This document shows, piece after piece, positions 1 through 7,511 of a stretch of DNA of 28,292 nucleotides (position 1 is the first letter of the stretch; each line of letters starts with the position of its first letter). The stretch spans positions 1 to 28,292 of the IMG/VR virus record IMGVR_UViG_3300017913_000624; one strand, 5' to 3'. The DNA comes from a virus. Taxonomy: Duplodnaviria > Caudoviricetes. The position numbers were made by a program, and so were the translations under genes. Under the pieces are notes generated by a model that saw only the letters and a program-made list of their open reading frames with translations, was not told the origin of the DNA and ran no database searches.

Positions 1-107
1 AAATAAAGAGAAACGTAGGCCATACTCATAACTTTGACCAAAAATGGTCATGCAAAGAGTTGAAGGTAAAAGTAGAGAACGGTCAGATTTTGGAGTTTGT
101 AGGATGA
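1..107 (+). CDS. C-terminal part of small hypothetical protein (truncated by window edge)
   Basis: Frame 3 is open from the edge (IKRNVGHTHNFDQKWSCKELKVKVENGQILEFVG*); its TGA 105-107 overlaps ATG 104 of the holin (ATGA coupling). Confidence 0.65.
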   Translation, partial: IKRNVGHTHNFDQKWSCKELKVKVENGQILEFVG

Positions 108-448
108 TACAATTACTAGGAATTGCAGGTAGCCTTGCTCAAACATTTCTTGAGGGCAAGGTTGAAAAGCAAAAAGCTAAATCGAAGATCCTGCAAACTG
201 CCGCTGACAACGACAGCAAGTGGGAAATGATAATGGCTGAGAGTACAAAATCCAGCCTCAAAGATGAGATAATAACGGTGGTGATCCTTATTCCCTGCGT
301 GCTTAGTTTCATACCCGGCATGGAAGATGTGGTGAAGGCTGGCTTCGACAGGCTGAATGAGTTGCCGCAATGGTATCAAAATATTTTGTACGTCACTATC
401 TTAGCCGGGCTAGGACTGAAGGGCGTGGATAGGTTCAAAAAGAAATGA
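104..448 (+). CDS. Putative holin
   Basis: Start moved from 44 to ATG 104 (ATGA overlap). Hydrophobic segments (IITVVILIPCVLSFI; WYQNILYVTILAGLGL), basic C-terminus FKKK, directly upstream of the endolysin. Confidence 0.75.
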   Translation: MIQLLGIAGSLAQTFLEGKVEKQKAKSKILQTAADNDSKWEMIMAESTKSSLKDEIITVVILIPCVLSFIPGMEDVVKAGFDRLNELPQWYQNILYVTILAGLGLKGVDRFKKK

Positions 449-897
449 CTAGGCTGTCACCGCACTTTACGCTGGATGAGATGACGCGTAGCCAGACGGC
501 TGTGCGTAAGGGCATACCGAATGAGCCGGGGGAAGAACACACACAGGCTATGCGCTTGGTATGCTCTAACATCCTAGAGCCGGTCAGAAAACAGTTTGGT
601 ATTCCGTTCACGCCAAGCTCAGGATATCGCACGCCGGAGCTGTGCATAGCTATTGGCTCATCAGTACATAGCCAGCACGCCAAGGGTGAGGCAGTAGACT
701 TTGAAGTGCCGAGCATATCTAACTTTGAGGTGGCCGGGTGGATAGCCGCAAACCTAGAGTTTGACCAGCTCATTCTCGAACACTACACCGGCGGCAATAC
801 AGGCTGGATACATTGCAGTTACAAGGCCAAGGACAATAGACTTGAGGTGCTGACCTATGACAGGAAGCACAAGTACCGCAAAGGTCTAATCAAGTAA
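445..897 (+). CDS. Endolysin, peptidase M15A family (Zn peptidase)
   Basis: LSPHFTLDEM N-terminus, SSGYR, SQHAKGEAVD (SxHxxGxAxD) and distal WIH Zn ligand. Confidence 0.9.
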   Translation: MTRLSPHFTLDEMTRSQTAVRKGIPNEPGEEHTQAMRLVCSNILEPVRKQFGIPFTPSSGYRTPELCIAIGSSVHSQHAKGEAVDFEVPSISNFEVAGWIAANLEFDQLILEHYTGGNTGWIHCSYKAKDNRLEVLTYDRKHKYRKGLIK

Positions 898-924
898 AAA
901 GAAAGGGCGCTATCGCGCCCCTTC
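896..924 (-). terminator. Intrinsic terminator of the leftward early operon
   Basis: Minus strand GAAGGGGCGC-GATA-GCGCCCTTTC followed by TTTTT, at the convergence of lysis and early-left transcription. Confidence 0.75.
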
Positions 925-1131
925 TCCGGTCAGCTCAATCGTGTTTCGCTGTCCATATTGTTTGGTCAGGTATCCCTTCCCTTGCAGTGCATCTATATGT
1001 TTCCATACAGCCGGGCTAGAAACCCCCAGAAACGCCGCTATGTCTGCGTAGCTAGGTGAGTACCCTTTCTCTGCATACAGCGTGCGTATGGCGCTTAAAA
1101 CGCGATACTGGGCAGGTGTAACTTTAAGCAT
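910..1131 (-). CDS. LexA-like winged-HTH DNA-binding protein (no peptidase domain)
   Basis: TPAQYRVLSAI...GYSPSYADIAAFLGVSSPAVWKHIDALQGKGYL matches the LexA N-terminal domain pattern; only 73 aa. Confidence 0.85.
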   Translation of the reverse strand: MLKVTPAQYRVLSAIRTLYAEKGYSPSYADIAAFLGVSSPAVWKHIDALQGKGYLTKQYGQRNTIELTGEGAR

Positions 1132-2089
1132 CCCCCAGCTCCTTCAGGGCTAGTGTGTTTGACCTTACCTGACTTGCTGGCTTTGCCGGCGTTACCTTCT
1201 CAGGCTGTGCCTTGATGTTACGCATACCCCACTTGATGATGTAGCGCTTGCCATCATACACCGCCTTCGCTTCTTCATGATTGCCCATGAAGTCCTTGAT
1301 GATAGCCTGAGCCTCATCAATGGTTTGGTCGCACTCTTTCTTCATGCGCTTCGCTTCTATCAGAGCTTCGACAGCTTCCTGCACTTCCGGCTCTGTGACA
1401 TCCAGCGGCGGTGCGCTGTCATCAACATTGGCATAGGCCACGTTGCCATCATCAGAGTTGCTGACAGGATACCAGTCAACCGCCTTCCGGCGTGCCTCGA
1501 AGTCCAGCACTGCATCTGAAATGTTGGTCTGTGTTGCAATGTTGGATTTGTAGATCCAGATGCGCAGTGTACTGCCCCGGTACAGGACAGCAAGCGCACC
1601 GTATTCAGCGCCGGTACACATCATCTGTGCTTGCAACTGATATACGCCGCGCCATACTGCCGGGGTCTCTTCGGGCATGGACTGCGTGGTCTTACATTCG
1701 ATGATGACCTTCTTGCCTTCGCCCAGTGCCATGTCACCATCGACCACATAAACGCCGTTGTTTATGTCCTGATGCACAATGCCTTGAGCTATGCCTAGCC
1801 CATCGAGTGAACAGGCAAGCGGCAATGTATCGTGAAAGACCGCCTCATCAAAGTCATCGACAACATCAGTCAGGCCAAGCCGGCGTGCTGTCTCTTTGAT
1901 GATAGCGCCTTCATGAACATCACCCCAGAAGGTCAGCTCATTGCCATCCCATGGCTCAGGCTGTTTGCCTTCATCCCGGTCAATCATCTCTGCCAGCAAT
2001 TCGTTCTGAGTTGCGTAAGGTGAAAGGCCAAGCAGTTGCGGTATGCGTGATGCGCTGACCATATTATCAGGTGTAAGTTTTCCAACCAT
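1124..2089 (-). CDS. YqaJ / lambda-exonuclease-like viral recombination nuclease
   Basis: ASRIPQLLGLSPY, WGDVHE, ACSLDG, IECKT, YQLQAQM motifs of the YqaJ PD-(D/E)XK family. Confidence 0.85.
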   Translation of the reverse strand: MVGKLTPDNMVSASRIPQLLGLSPYATQNELLAEMIDRDEGKQPEPWDGNELTFWGDVHEGAIIKETARRLGLTDVVDDFDEAVFHDTLPLACSLDGLGIAQGIVHQDINNGVYVVDGDMALGEGKKVIIECKTTQSMPEETPAVWRGVYQLQAQMMCTGAEYGALAVLYRGSTLRIWIYKSNIATQTNISDAVLDFEARRKAVDWYPVSNSDDGNVAYANVDDSAPPLDVTEPEVQEAVEALIEAKRMKKECDQTIDEAQAIIKDFMGNHEEAKAVYDGKRYIIKWGMRNIKAQPEKVTPAKPASQVRSNTLALKELGDA

Positions 2090-2091
2090 TT

Positions 2092-2700
2092 TTATCTCTC
2101 CAGTTTGTTAGATTTTGTTCTGTTTTGATGCCGCGTTATTATCTGCAAATTCCAAGGAACATGAAGGCCACACACGATATCGTTACAAAGAGGCACGATG
2201 TGATCCACTTCGTAAATCTGCGCAGAGTTTTTGTTCATCTGCGCACACTTCCTGTAAACTTCAGTAAGATTAGAGCGAGGCATCCATGATGGGGTAGCCC
2301 TTTTAAGACCTGCTCTTCTAGCTACGGTATTGCTCCTATTCTTTACTTTTGTTTCTTCGCGGCTGTTGTACTCCCTTCTTTTTAGCCGAATAATCTCTTT
2401 ATTTTTCTTCTTGTATTGCTGTCTCCCATGTTTAACCTTTTCAGGGTTGAGCTTTTCCCAGCGTCTTTTGATTTCATCAACTTTATGTTTGTTTTCCAAA
2501 ACCCATTTTCTGTTTTGTTTATCAATCTTTTTTTTAGCCGCAGGGTCTGCGTACCTTTTGCGCATGTCAACCTTGTGGCATTCCAAACATCTAGAGTTTA
2601 TTGTTTTGCGCTCCGAAACATGACCATACTTGCACGGCTTTCCTGTAAAAAATCTTACAATCCCCTGCTCCTGAGCTTGTTTGCGTGTAATGATTTCCAT
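2092..2700 (-). CDS. HNH (homing-type) endonuclease with N-terminal Cys/His Zn-binding module
   Basis: Start set at ATG 2700 (MEIITRK, GGGTGA RBS). FTGKPCKYGH..CLEC N-terminus; VDHIVPL..GLHVPWNLQII..N HNH core; visibly more AT-rich than its neighbours. Confidence 0.88.
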   Translation of the reverse strand: MEIITRKQAQEQGIVRFFTGKPCKYGHVSERKTINSRCLECHKVDMRKRYADPAAKKKIDKQNRKWVLENKHKVDEIKRRWEKLNPEKVKHGRQQYKKKNKEIIRLKRREYNSREETKVKNRSNTVARRAGLKRATPSWMPRSNLTEVYRKCAQMNKNSAQIYEVDHIVPLCNDIVCGLHVPWNLQIITRHQNRTKSNKLER

Positions 2701-2906
2701 ATCAATCACCCAGTTTATCAAGTTTGGTTTTTGCTTCGTCCAGTTTTTCCCAGACATCTCTGAAAGTCTGCACAAATTTTATGGGCAGATTTTCTTTATG
2801 GCGCTCCATCATAGAGTAGCCATGATTAGATACGGCGCGTTTGATAAACGCCAGCTCTTCATATTCGAGCGTAATGTTAATTGACTTTTCCATATCAATT
2901 CCCCAG
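2694..2906. repeat. Imperfect 20-bp direct repeat at gene junctions (2694-2713, 2887-2906)
   Basis: tttccatatcaatcacccag vs tttccatatcaattccccag, 18/20 identical; each copy spans RBS, stop and ATG. Confidence 0.75.
2702..2893 (-). CDS. Hypothetical protein (63 aa)
   Basis: Start set at ATG 2893 (MEKSINITL), GGGGA RBS, 1 nt after the upstream stop. Confidence 0.7.
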   Translation of the reverse strand: MEKSINITLEYEELAFIKRAVSNHGYSMMERHKENLPIKFVQTFRDVWEKLDEAKTKLDKLGD

Positions 2907-3044
2907 CCAATAGATTGCACCCCACCATGTATAGCGCTGGCTGTCTTCCACGCCGAAGATCCACAGCGTGTCCATCCAGCCCAGCACAAACAGGCTGAGC
3001 AGTGAGTAAATGAAAAGCATGATTGCTAGTTCTACCTTATCCAT
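2895..3044 (-). CDS. Small membrane protein (49 aa, not in ORF track)
   Basis: MDKVELAIMLFIYSLLSLFVLGWMDTLWIFGVEDSQRYTWWGAIYWLGN*; AGGAG RBS; fills the gap between flanking genes. Confidence 0.75.
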   Translation of the reverse strand: MDKVELAIMLFIYSLLSLFVLGWMDTLWIFGVEDSQRYTWWGAIYWLGN

Positions 3045-3053
3045 GATTATCTC

Positions 3054-3680
3054 CTATGCATTGATAAGATTGCGCACGCTGGATGCGTGCCACTTACCGC
3101 CCATGGCGGTCGGTATCTGCGCTTCATTCAGCGCTGATGCGATAGCGCGCAAGCTCTGACCTGCGGCGCGTAATGCTTTGATGACTGGCATAGCCTGTGG
3201 CGCTACCTTGGCGGTGGCATCCCGGCGTAGGCCGGCAGTGGCCGCACCACCCTTTGCCGGGTCAGGTGAACCCAGCTTGATGCCACGGCGCTTGGCGGCG
3301 GCTAGTGCCGCCTTGGTGCGCTCACTGATGCGGCGACCTTCCCATTCTGCAAACACAGCGGCCATCTGTAAGAAGGTGCGGTCTGCCTCTGGCATGTCAG
3401 CACACTCGATTGGCACACCTGCTTCTAGCAGACCAGTGATGAAGTGGACGTTACGCGCCAGACGGTCAAGCTTAGCAATGACCAGTGTCGCGCCTATCTC
3501 TTTACAGTGAGCTAGCGCCTTGGCCAGCTCAGGGCGGTCGGAGCGCTTGCCGCTCTCGACCTCAGTGTAGGTAGCTTCTAGCTCATAGCCAGACAGCGCG
3601 TGTTGCTGAGCCTCAAGGCCAAGGCCGGACTGGCCTTGACGCTGAGTTGATACACGGAAGTATGCGATGCGCTTAGTCAT
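3054..3680 (-). CDS. Serine recombinase (resolvase/invertase catalytic domain plus short C-terminal HTH)
   Basis: YFRVSTQRQ catalytic Ser motif, ESGK..RPEL, KLDRLARN, ISERTKAAL; C-terminal SLRAIASALN..GGKWHASSV. Confidence 0.93.
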   Translation of the reverse strand: MTKRIAYFRVSTQRQGQSGLGLEAQQHALSGYELEATYTEVESGKRSDRPELAKALAHCKEIGATLVIAKLDRLARNVHFITGLLEAGVPIECADMPEADRTFLQMAAVFAEWEGRRISERTKAALAAAKRRGIKLGSPDPAKGGAATAGLRRDATAKVAPQAMPVIKALRAAGQSLRAIASALNEAQIPTAMGGKWHASSVRNLINA

Positions 3681-3953
3681 TATACAGTCACCTTTCTTAC
3701 ATATCTGTTGATAAATGCCTCACGCACGATTGAATACATCACATCTTTGCGGCTGATGCGTATTCTACGCCTCATTTTATTCTTGTTGCGAGTGATGTAA
3801 TTTTGATACTTCCAAGGTCTTGAAGAGCTGTGAGCTTCATAAACATCAGCATCAATATCGAAGTTGACCCACATACCGTATTGAACCCCATCAATGGTAA
3901 CTTCTCTGATTACCCTTTCAAATGCCATACGCTTAGCCATTACACAGTCACCT
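3662..3953. repeat. Imperfect 32-bp direct repeat (3662-3693, 3922-3953), 260 bp apart
   Basis: atgcgatgcgcttagtcattatacagtcacct vs atgccatacgcttagccattacacagtcacct, 28/32 identical. Confidence 0.85.
3680..3940 (-). CDS. Hypothetical basic protein (86 aa)
   Basis: TAATG stop/start overlaps at both ends; AGGTGA RBS. Confidence 0.75.
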   Translation of the reverse strand: MAKRMAFERVIREVTIDGVQYGMWVNFDIDADVYEAHSSSRPWKYQNYITRNKNKMRRRIRISRKDVMYSIVREAFINRYVRKVTV

Positions 3954-4233
3954 CATCCCATCTGTTAAGTTCGTTTGTCATGTAATCAAATTTTTTGACA
4001 ACGATGAACCAGCCATTTACCTGCTGTGACCAAGCGCCCTTTTCGGCAATCCAATCATCAGCCTGACCTGACAGCATAAACTGTGCGTAATGGCCTAAGT
4101 CGTTCTTGTTCAGAAGAGCCGCTATCTGGTTGGCAGTCAGGTTAAGTGAACGACCCTCTGCAACTGGCATAGTGTCGGCAACCTCTGTGTCTGCAAAGAA
4201 TGGGTTGGTGAATGTTACTGTGTATAATGCCAT
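3940..4233 (-). CDS. Hypothetical protein, first gene of leftward operon (97 aa)
   Basis: AGGGAG RBS before ATG 4233; TAATG coupling to the next gene. Confidence 0.75.
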   Translation of the reverse strand: MALYTVTFTNPFFADTEVADTMPVAEGRSLNLTANQIAALLNKNDLGHYAQFMLSGQADDWIAEKGAWSQQVNGWFIVVKKFDYMTNELNRWDEVTV

Positions 4234-4340
4234 GGTTTTGCTCCCTTTGTGTCAACCAATCATTAACCTTACATTAACTATATATATCATGTTGATATCT
4301 GTTACAAGGGGTAGAGGTAAAAAAAACGGAAAAAATACAC
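4234..4340. promoter_or_regulatory. Divergent early promoter/operator region
   Basis: AT-rich gap between divergent operons. Candidate leftward TTGTAA (4307-4302) with TATATA/TATAGT; candidate rightward TTGTGT-N17-TACATT (4247-4275); dyad ATATCA-TGT-TGATAT (4284-4298). Confidence 0.65.
4263..4278 (+). promoter_or_regulatory. CtrA-binding consensus TTAA-N7-TTAAC
   Basis: TTAA CCTTACA TTAAC, an exact match, inside the divergent promoter region. Confidence 0.6.
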
Positions 4341-4544
4341 ATGTCACAGACAAAACCTACACTTTTGAGGCTTCGCACCACGACTGTGGACAAGCTCAAG
4401 CTGGCCGTTTCGCAGTCAGCGCACCGTTCAATGGCTACTTTGGCTGATGAGATACTGGACATTGAGCTGGACAAGCGGCTGGGTCAGTCCAGCGATGCAA
4501 TAGACCAAATGGTAGAGGCAGTTCGCCGTGGTCAACAGCCGTAA
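4341..4544 (+). CDS. Small DNA-binding protein, probably ribbon-helix-helix (Cro-position regulator)
   Basis: KPTLLRL strand followed by two helices (TTVDKLKLAV; SMATLADEIL); first gene of the rightward operon. Confidence 0.6.
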   Translation: MSQTKPTLLRLRTTTVDKLKLAVSQSAHRSMATLADEILDIELDKRLGQSSDAIDQMVEAVRRGQQP

Positions 4545-4983
4545 CAAAGGAAGCGCCTTTGAGCGCGATTGCAAAAACAGGCTGTTTGCGGAGCTTGGCC
4601 TTGAGTTTCGCCGGGTACTAGACCAATGGGCTGAGGCCGGGTTGCCTGACCTTGTCTGTGAAGATGATGCCTTCCCATTTGTAATTGAGTGCAAGCGCTA
4701 CAAGTCCGGGTCTACCTTCGCCAACCCAAAGCATTGGGATCAGGTTTGCGCGGCGGCTGAAAAGGCCGGCAAGATGCCGGCACTGGTTTACAAATACGAT
4801 AGATTGCCGGAGCGCTGGCGCGTACCCATCGATGCTATGGCTATGCTTGCCACCTCTGAGCGGCATGGCAATGATGGCTATGACTGGCGCTACGCTGTCG
4901 AGATGAGTTTTGAAGATTTCTGCATGGTATGCAGAGAGCTATTGGCTAACAGCCAATGCGAGGCTGGCGCTTCCAGTCAGTAA
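4528..4983 (+). CDS. Holliday junction resolvase-like PD-(D/E)XK nuclease
   Basis: NSRNKGSAFER, PDL, IECKRYK, W.Q, PALVYK motifs. Confidence 0.82.
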   Translation: MVNSRNKGSAFERDCKNRLFAELGLEFRRVLDQWAEAGLPDLVCEDDAFPFVIECKRYKSGSTFANPKHWDQVCAAAEKAGKMPALVYKYDRLPERWRVPIDAMAMLATSERHGNDGYDWRYAVEMSFEDFCMVCRELLANSQCEAGASSQ

Positions 4984-5004
4984 AAGAAAGAAAGTGAGAA
5001 AGAA

Positions 5005-5628
5005 ATGGCACTTGGTTTAATGAGTGAAACAAACGGCGGCAATGGCGACATTCTGCCAATCATCAAGTTTGATGCAAAGGCTGGTGACTTCATCAGGGTA
5101 GACCGGACGCAGAACGCGTCAGGAGAATGGGAGAAAAACCAGTCTGATATGGCACTGCCGCTACAGATTGTGATGGACTTCGACAACATCGAGACAGGCT
5201 GGCTGTCGTTTGACAGTGGCGCGCCTGACTTCCGCATGGTCAAGATTGGTGAGCCGATGCCGGCAAAGCCGACAGACAACCACAAGCAAGCTTTCCGCGT
5301 GCGCATCTACAACAAAGACCTTGGCGTGCGTGAGTTCAGCTCACAGTCCAAGCTTGTCATCCGCGAGATGGATGACCTGCACAACCAGTTCGAGGCTGAA
5401 CGCGGTAACAATGCCGGCAAGGTGGCAGTGGCCACAGTCAGCGGCACAAAGACTGTTACAGTCAACACCCCACAGGGTGAGAACAGGTTCAAAGTGCCTG
5501 AGTGGTCAATCACTAGCTGGATTGACCGTCCGGCTGGTATGAATGGTGCGGAGACTGCTACCCCGGTCGAAGCACCTAGCGCGCCAGCACAGAGCGCGCC
5601 TGTTGAGAACGGTGCAGACTTGTTCTAA
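5005..5628 (+). CDS. Putative ssDNA-binding protein
   Basis: Beta-rich with aromatic residues, Pro/Ala linker and acidic-aromatic end (GADLF); lies between resolvase and primase. Confidence 0.5.
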   Translation: MALGLMSETNGGNGDILPIIKFDAKAGDFIRVDRTQNASGEWEKNQSDMALPLQIVMDFDNIETGWLSFDSGAPDFRMVKIGEPMPAKPTDNHKQAFRVRIYNKDLGVREFSSQSKLVIREMDDLHNQFEAERGNNAGKVAVATVSGTKTVTVNTPQGENRFKVPEWSITSWIDRPAGMNGAETATPVEAPSAPAQSAPVENGADLF

Positions 5629-5635
5629 ACAGATA

Positions 5636-5671
5636 GGGGCGTTGCTGGTCATTTCCTCACGGCAACGCCCC
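5636..5671 (+). promoter_or_regulatory. GC-rich hairpin upstream of primase-helicase
   Basis: GGGGCGTTGCTG-gtcatttcctca-CGGCAACGCCCC; only a weak U-run follows. Confidence 0.6.
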
Positions 5672-5690
5672 ACTTTCACAGGGGTAGATT

Positions 5691-7511
5691 ATGACGAACA
5701 TATCAGCATATATAGAAACAGTGGCTACCCATTACTGGGGTGAGCCGCGTGAACGCAAGGGCAATGAGCTACGCTGGGGCAACCATGGCAGTAAGTCAGT
5801 AGACCTGCGCAAAGGCACTTGGTTTGACTTCGAGAATAATGAAGGCGGCGGTGTCGTGGATCTAGTCAGGCATGAAGAAGGTGCAACACTGACCGGGCTA
5901 CCAGAGCTTATGGAAAAGAAGTTCGGTATCCAGCGGCAGGTGCAGGACAAGCTACGCCCGGCGAAGTACATCAGCAAGGTCTATGATTATGTAGACGAAA
6001 ACGGCGAGGTCACCTATCAGGTGGTCAGGTATGAGCCTAAGACATTCAGACAACGCCGGCCAGATGGCAATGGCGGTTGGCTGTGGAACATGCAGGACGT
6101 TCAGCCTGTGCCATACAACCTGCCAGATATCATGGCAAAGCCAGACAAGCCCATCTTCATTGTAGAAGGTGAGAAGTGCGCTGACACACTAAAGGCAATG
6201 GGCGCTATTGCGACAACCAGCCATGGCGGTGCAAAGAAGTGGGCAGAAGAGCTGAACAAATACTTCACAGGGCGTGACGTTATCATCCTGCCAGACAATG
6301 ATGAGCCGGGCAAACTACACGCTGACATGGTCAGTAACAGCATCCTGCCGGTGGCAAACACAGTGAAGGTTATCAACCTGCCGGGGCTACAAGACAAGCA
6401 GGATGTATATGATTGGTTTAAGGGTGGCGGCACAACCGATAAGCTGGTATCCTTAGTCAAGGATGCTGAGGTCATACACCTACCCAAACAGGTGACCTTA
6501 ATCTCTTCAGCCGACCTCAGCATCCCCGACACCTTCGAGATATATGACATAAACTACCTGCGAAGGATGCCGCCGGTAGACTTCGTTGTGGACAACCTAC
6601 TCACAAAACATGGGCTGGCTGTGCTGTACGGTGAACCCGGTGCAGGTAAATCATTCCTAGCTATCGACCTAGCCCTGTGCATGGCATACGGCAAGGCATG
6701 GCATGGCAACCCAGTAGAACAAGGCGCTGTGCTATACATAGCCGGCGAAGGCGTAGGTGGCCTCGGCAAACGCGTCAAAGCTTGGCAGTCACACTACCAA
6801 ATGACAGATGAAGCGCCGTTCTACGTCCTACCAACAGCGGTCAGGTTCAGAGAGCCAGAAGACATCGAGCGGCTACTGCGTACCATTGATGCGCTGGGGC
6901 AAACCTTCACAGCCGTCTACATCGACACAGTCGCCAGAGCATTGCTCGGCGGTGATGAGAATAGCTCAACAGATATGGGGCTGTTTGTGGATGCCTGTGA
7001 AGTCGTTAAGCGGCACTGTAACTGCGCAGTCGTTGCCATCCATCACAGCGGTAAAGACGCGGCTAGAGGCATGAGAGGGTCAACAGCACTACTAGGCGCA
7101 GTAGATACATCTATACGCGTCAGCAAGCTCGAAGAGACCGTTACAATGGCAATAGAAAAGCAGAAGGACGCTGAACCCATCCCGGACATGACATTCGAGA
7201 TGCAGACCATCGCATTGCTCGGTGACGCATCTGTCGTCATGAAACACACAGAAACACAACACAAAAAGACACGCCAAGTGAAGCTGACAAGTGAACAGCA
7301 GATAGCTATGCAAGCACTGCGTAACCTATGCGCAACCATGGGACAAACACGCGTGCCAGTGTCTCTGTGGCATGAAGAACACCGTGTGAAAACACCCGAT
7401 GTGACCAGTGGAAAGCGGCGTGACGCTAGAGCGGCGTTACAGAACAAGGGTGTGATTGTGATTGATGATAACAAAGTATGGGAATACAAGGAGATAGACG
7501 AAAATGTGTGA
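5691..7511 (+). CDS. Primase-helicase (TOPRIM plus RepA/AAA_25-type RecA-fold helicase)
   Basis: IVEGEKCAD and PDND TOPRIM motifs; Walker A GEPGAGKS, YIAGEG, IDT, IHHSGK, RGSTAL. Confidence 0.92.
   Translation: MTNISAYIETVATHYWGEPRERKGNELRWGNHGSKSVDLRKGTWFDFENNEGGGVVDLVRHEEGATLTGLPELMEKKFGIQRQVQDKLRPAKYISKVYDYVDENGEVTYQVVRYEPKTFRQRRPDGNGGWLWNMQDVQPVPYNLPDIMAKPDKPIFIVEGEKCADTLKAMGAIATTSHGGAKKWAEELNKYFTGRDVIILPDNDEPGKLHADMVSNSILPVANTVKVINLPGLQDKQDVYDWFKGGGTTDKLVSLVKDAEVIHLPKQVTLISSADLSIPDTFEIYDINYLRRMPPVDFVVDNLLTKHGLAVLYGEPGAGKSFLAIDLALCMAYGKAWHGNPVEQGAVLYIAGEGVGGLGKRVKAWQSHYQMTDEAPFYVLPTAVRFREPEDIERLLRTIDALGQTFTAVYIDTVARALLGGDENSSTDMGLFVDACEVVKRHCNCAVVAIHHSGKDAARGMRGSTALLGAVDTSIRVSKLEETVTMAIEKQKDAEPIPDMTFEMQTIALLGDASVVMKHTETQHKKTRQVKLTSEQQIAMQALRNLCATMGQTRVPVSLWHEEHRVKTPDVTSGKRRDARAALQNKGVIVIDDNKVWEYKEIDENV

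Noticed and set aside
44-103. N-terminal extension of the holin given in the ORF track
   Set aside because: Overlaps the upstream partial gene; ATG 104 has ATGA coupling and gives a typical hydrophobic start
2330-2884. Hydrophobic + strand ORFs over the HNH gene
   Set aside because: Phe/Leu-rich antisense products of a Lys-rich gene
3678-4232. Weak inverted similarity (cattatac/acagt) between the start of the 4233 ORF and the direct repeats, as invertase sites
   Set aside because: Short and gapped; not distinguishable from chance by eye
4225-4255. Perfect TTGACA on the minus strand at 4255-4250
   Set aside because: No acceptable -10 at 16-18 nt; that position falls on the start codon
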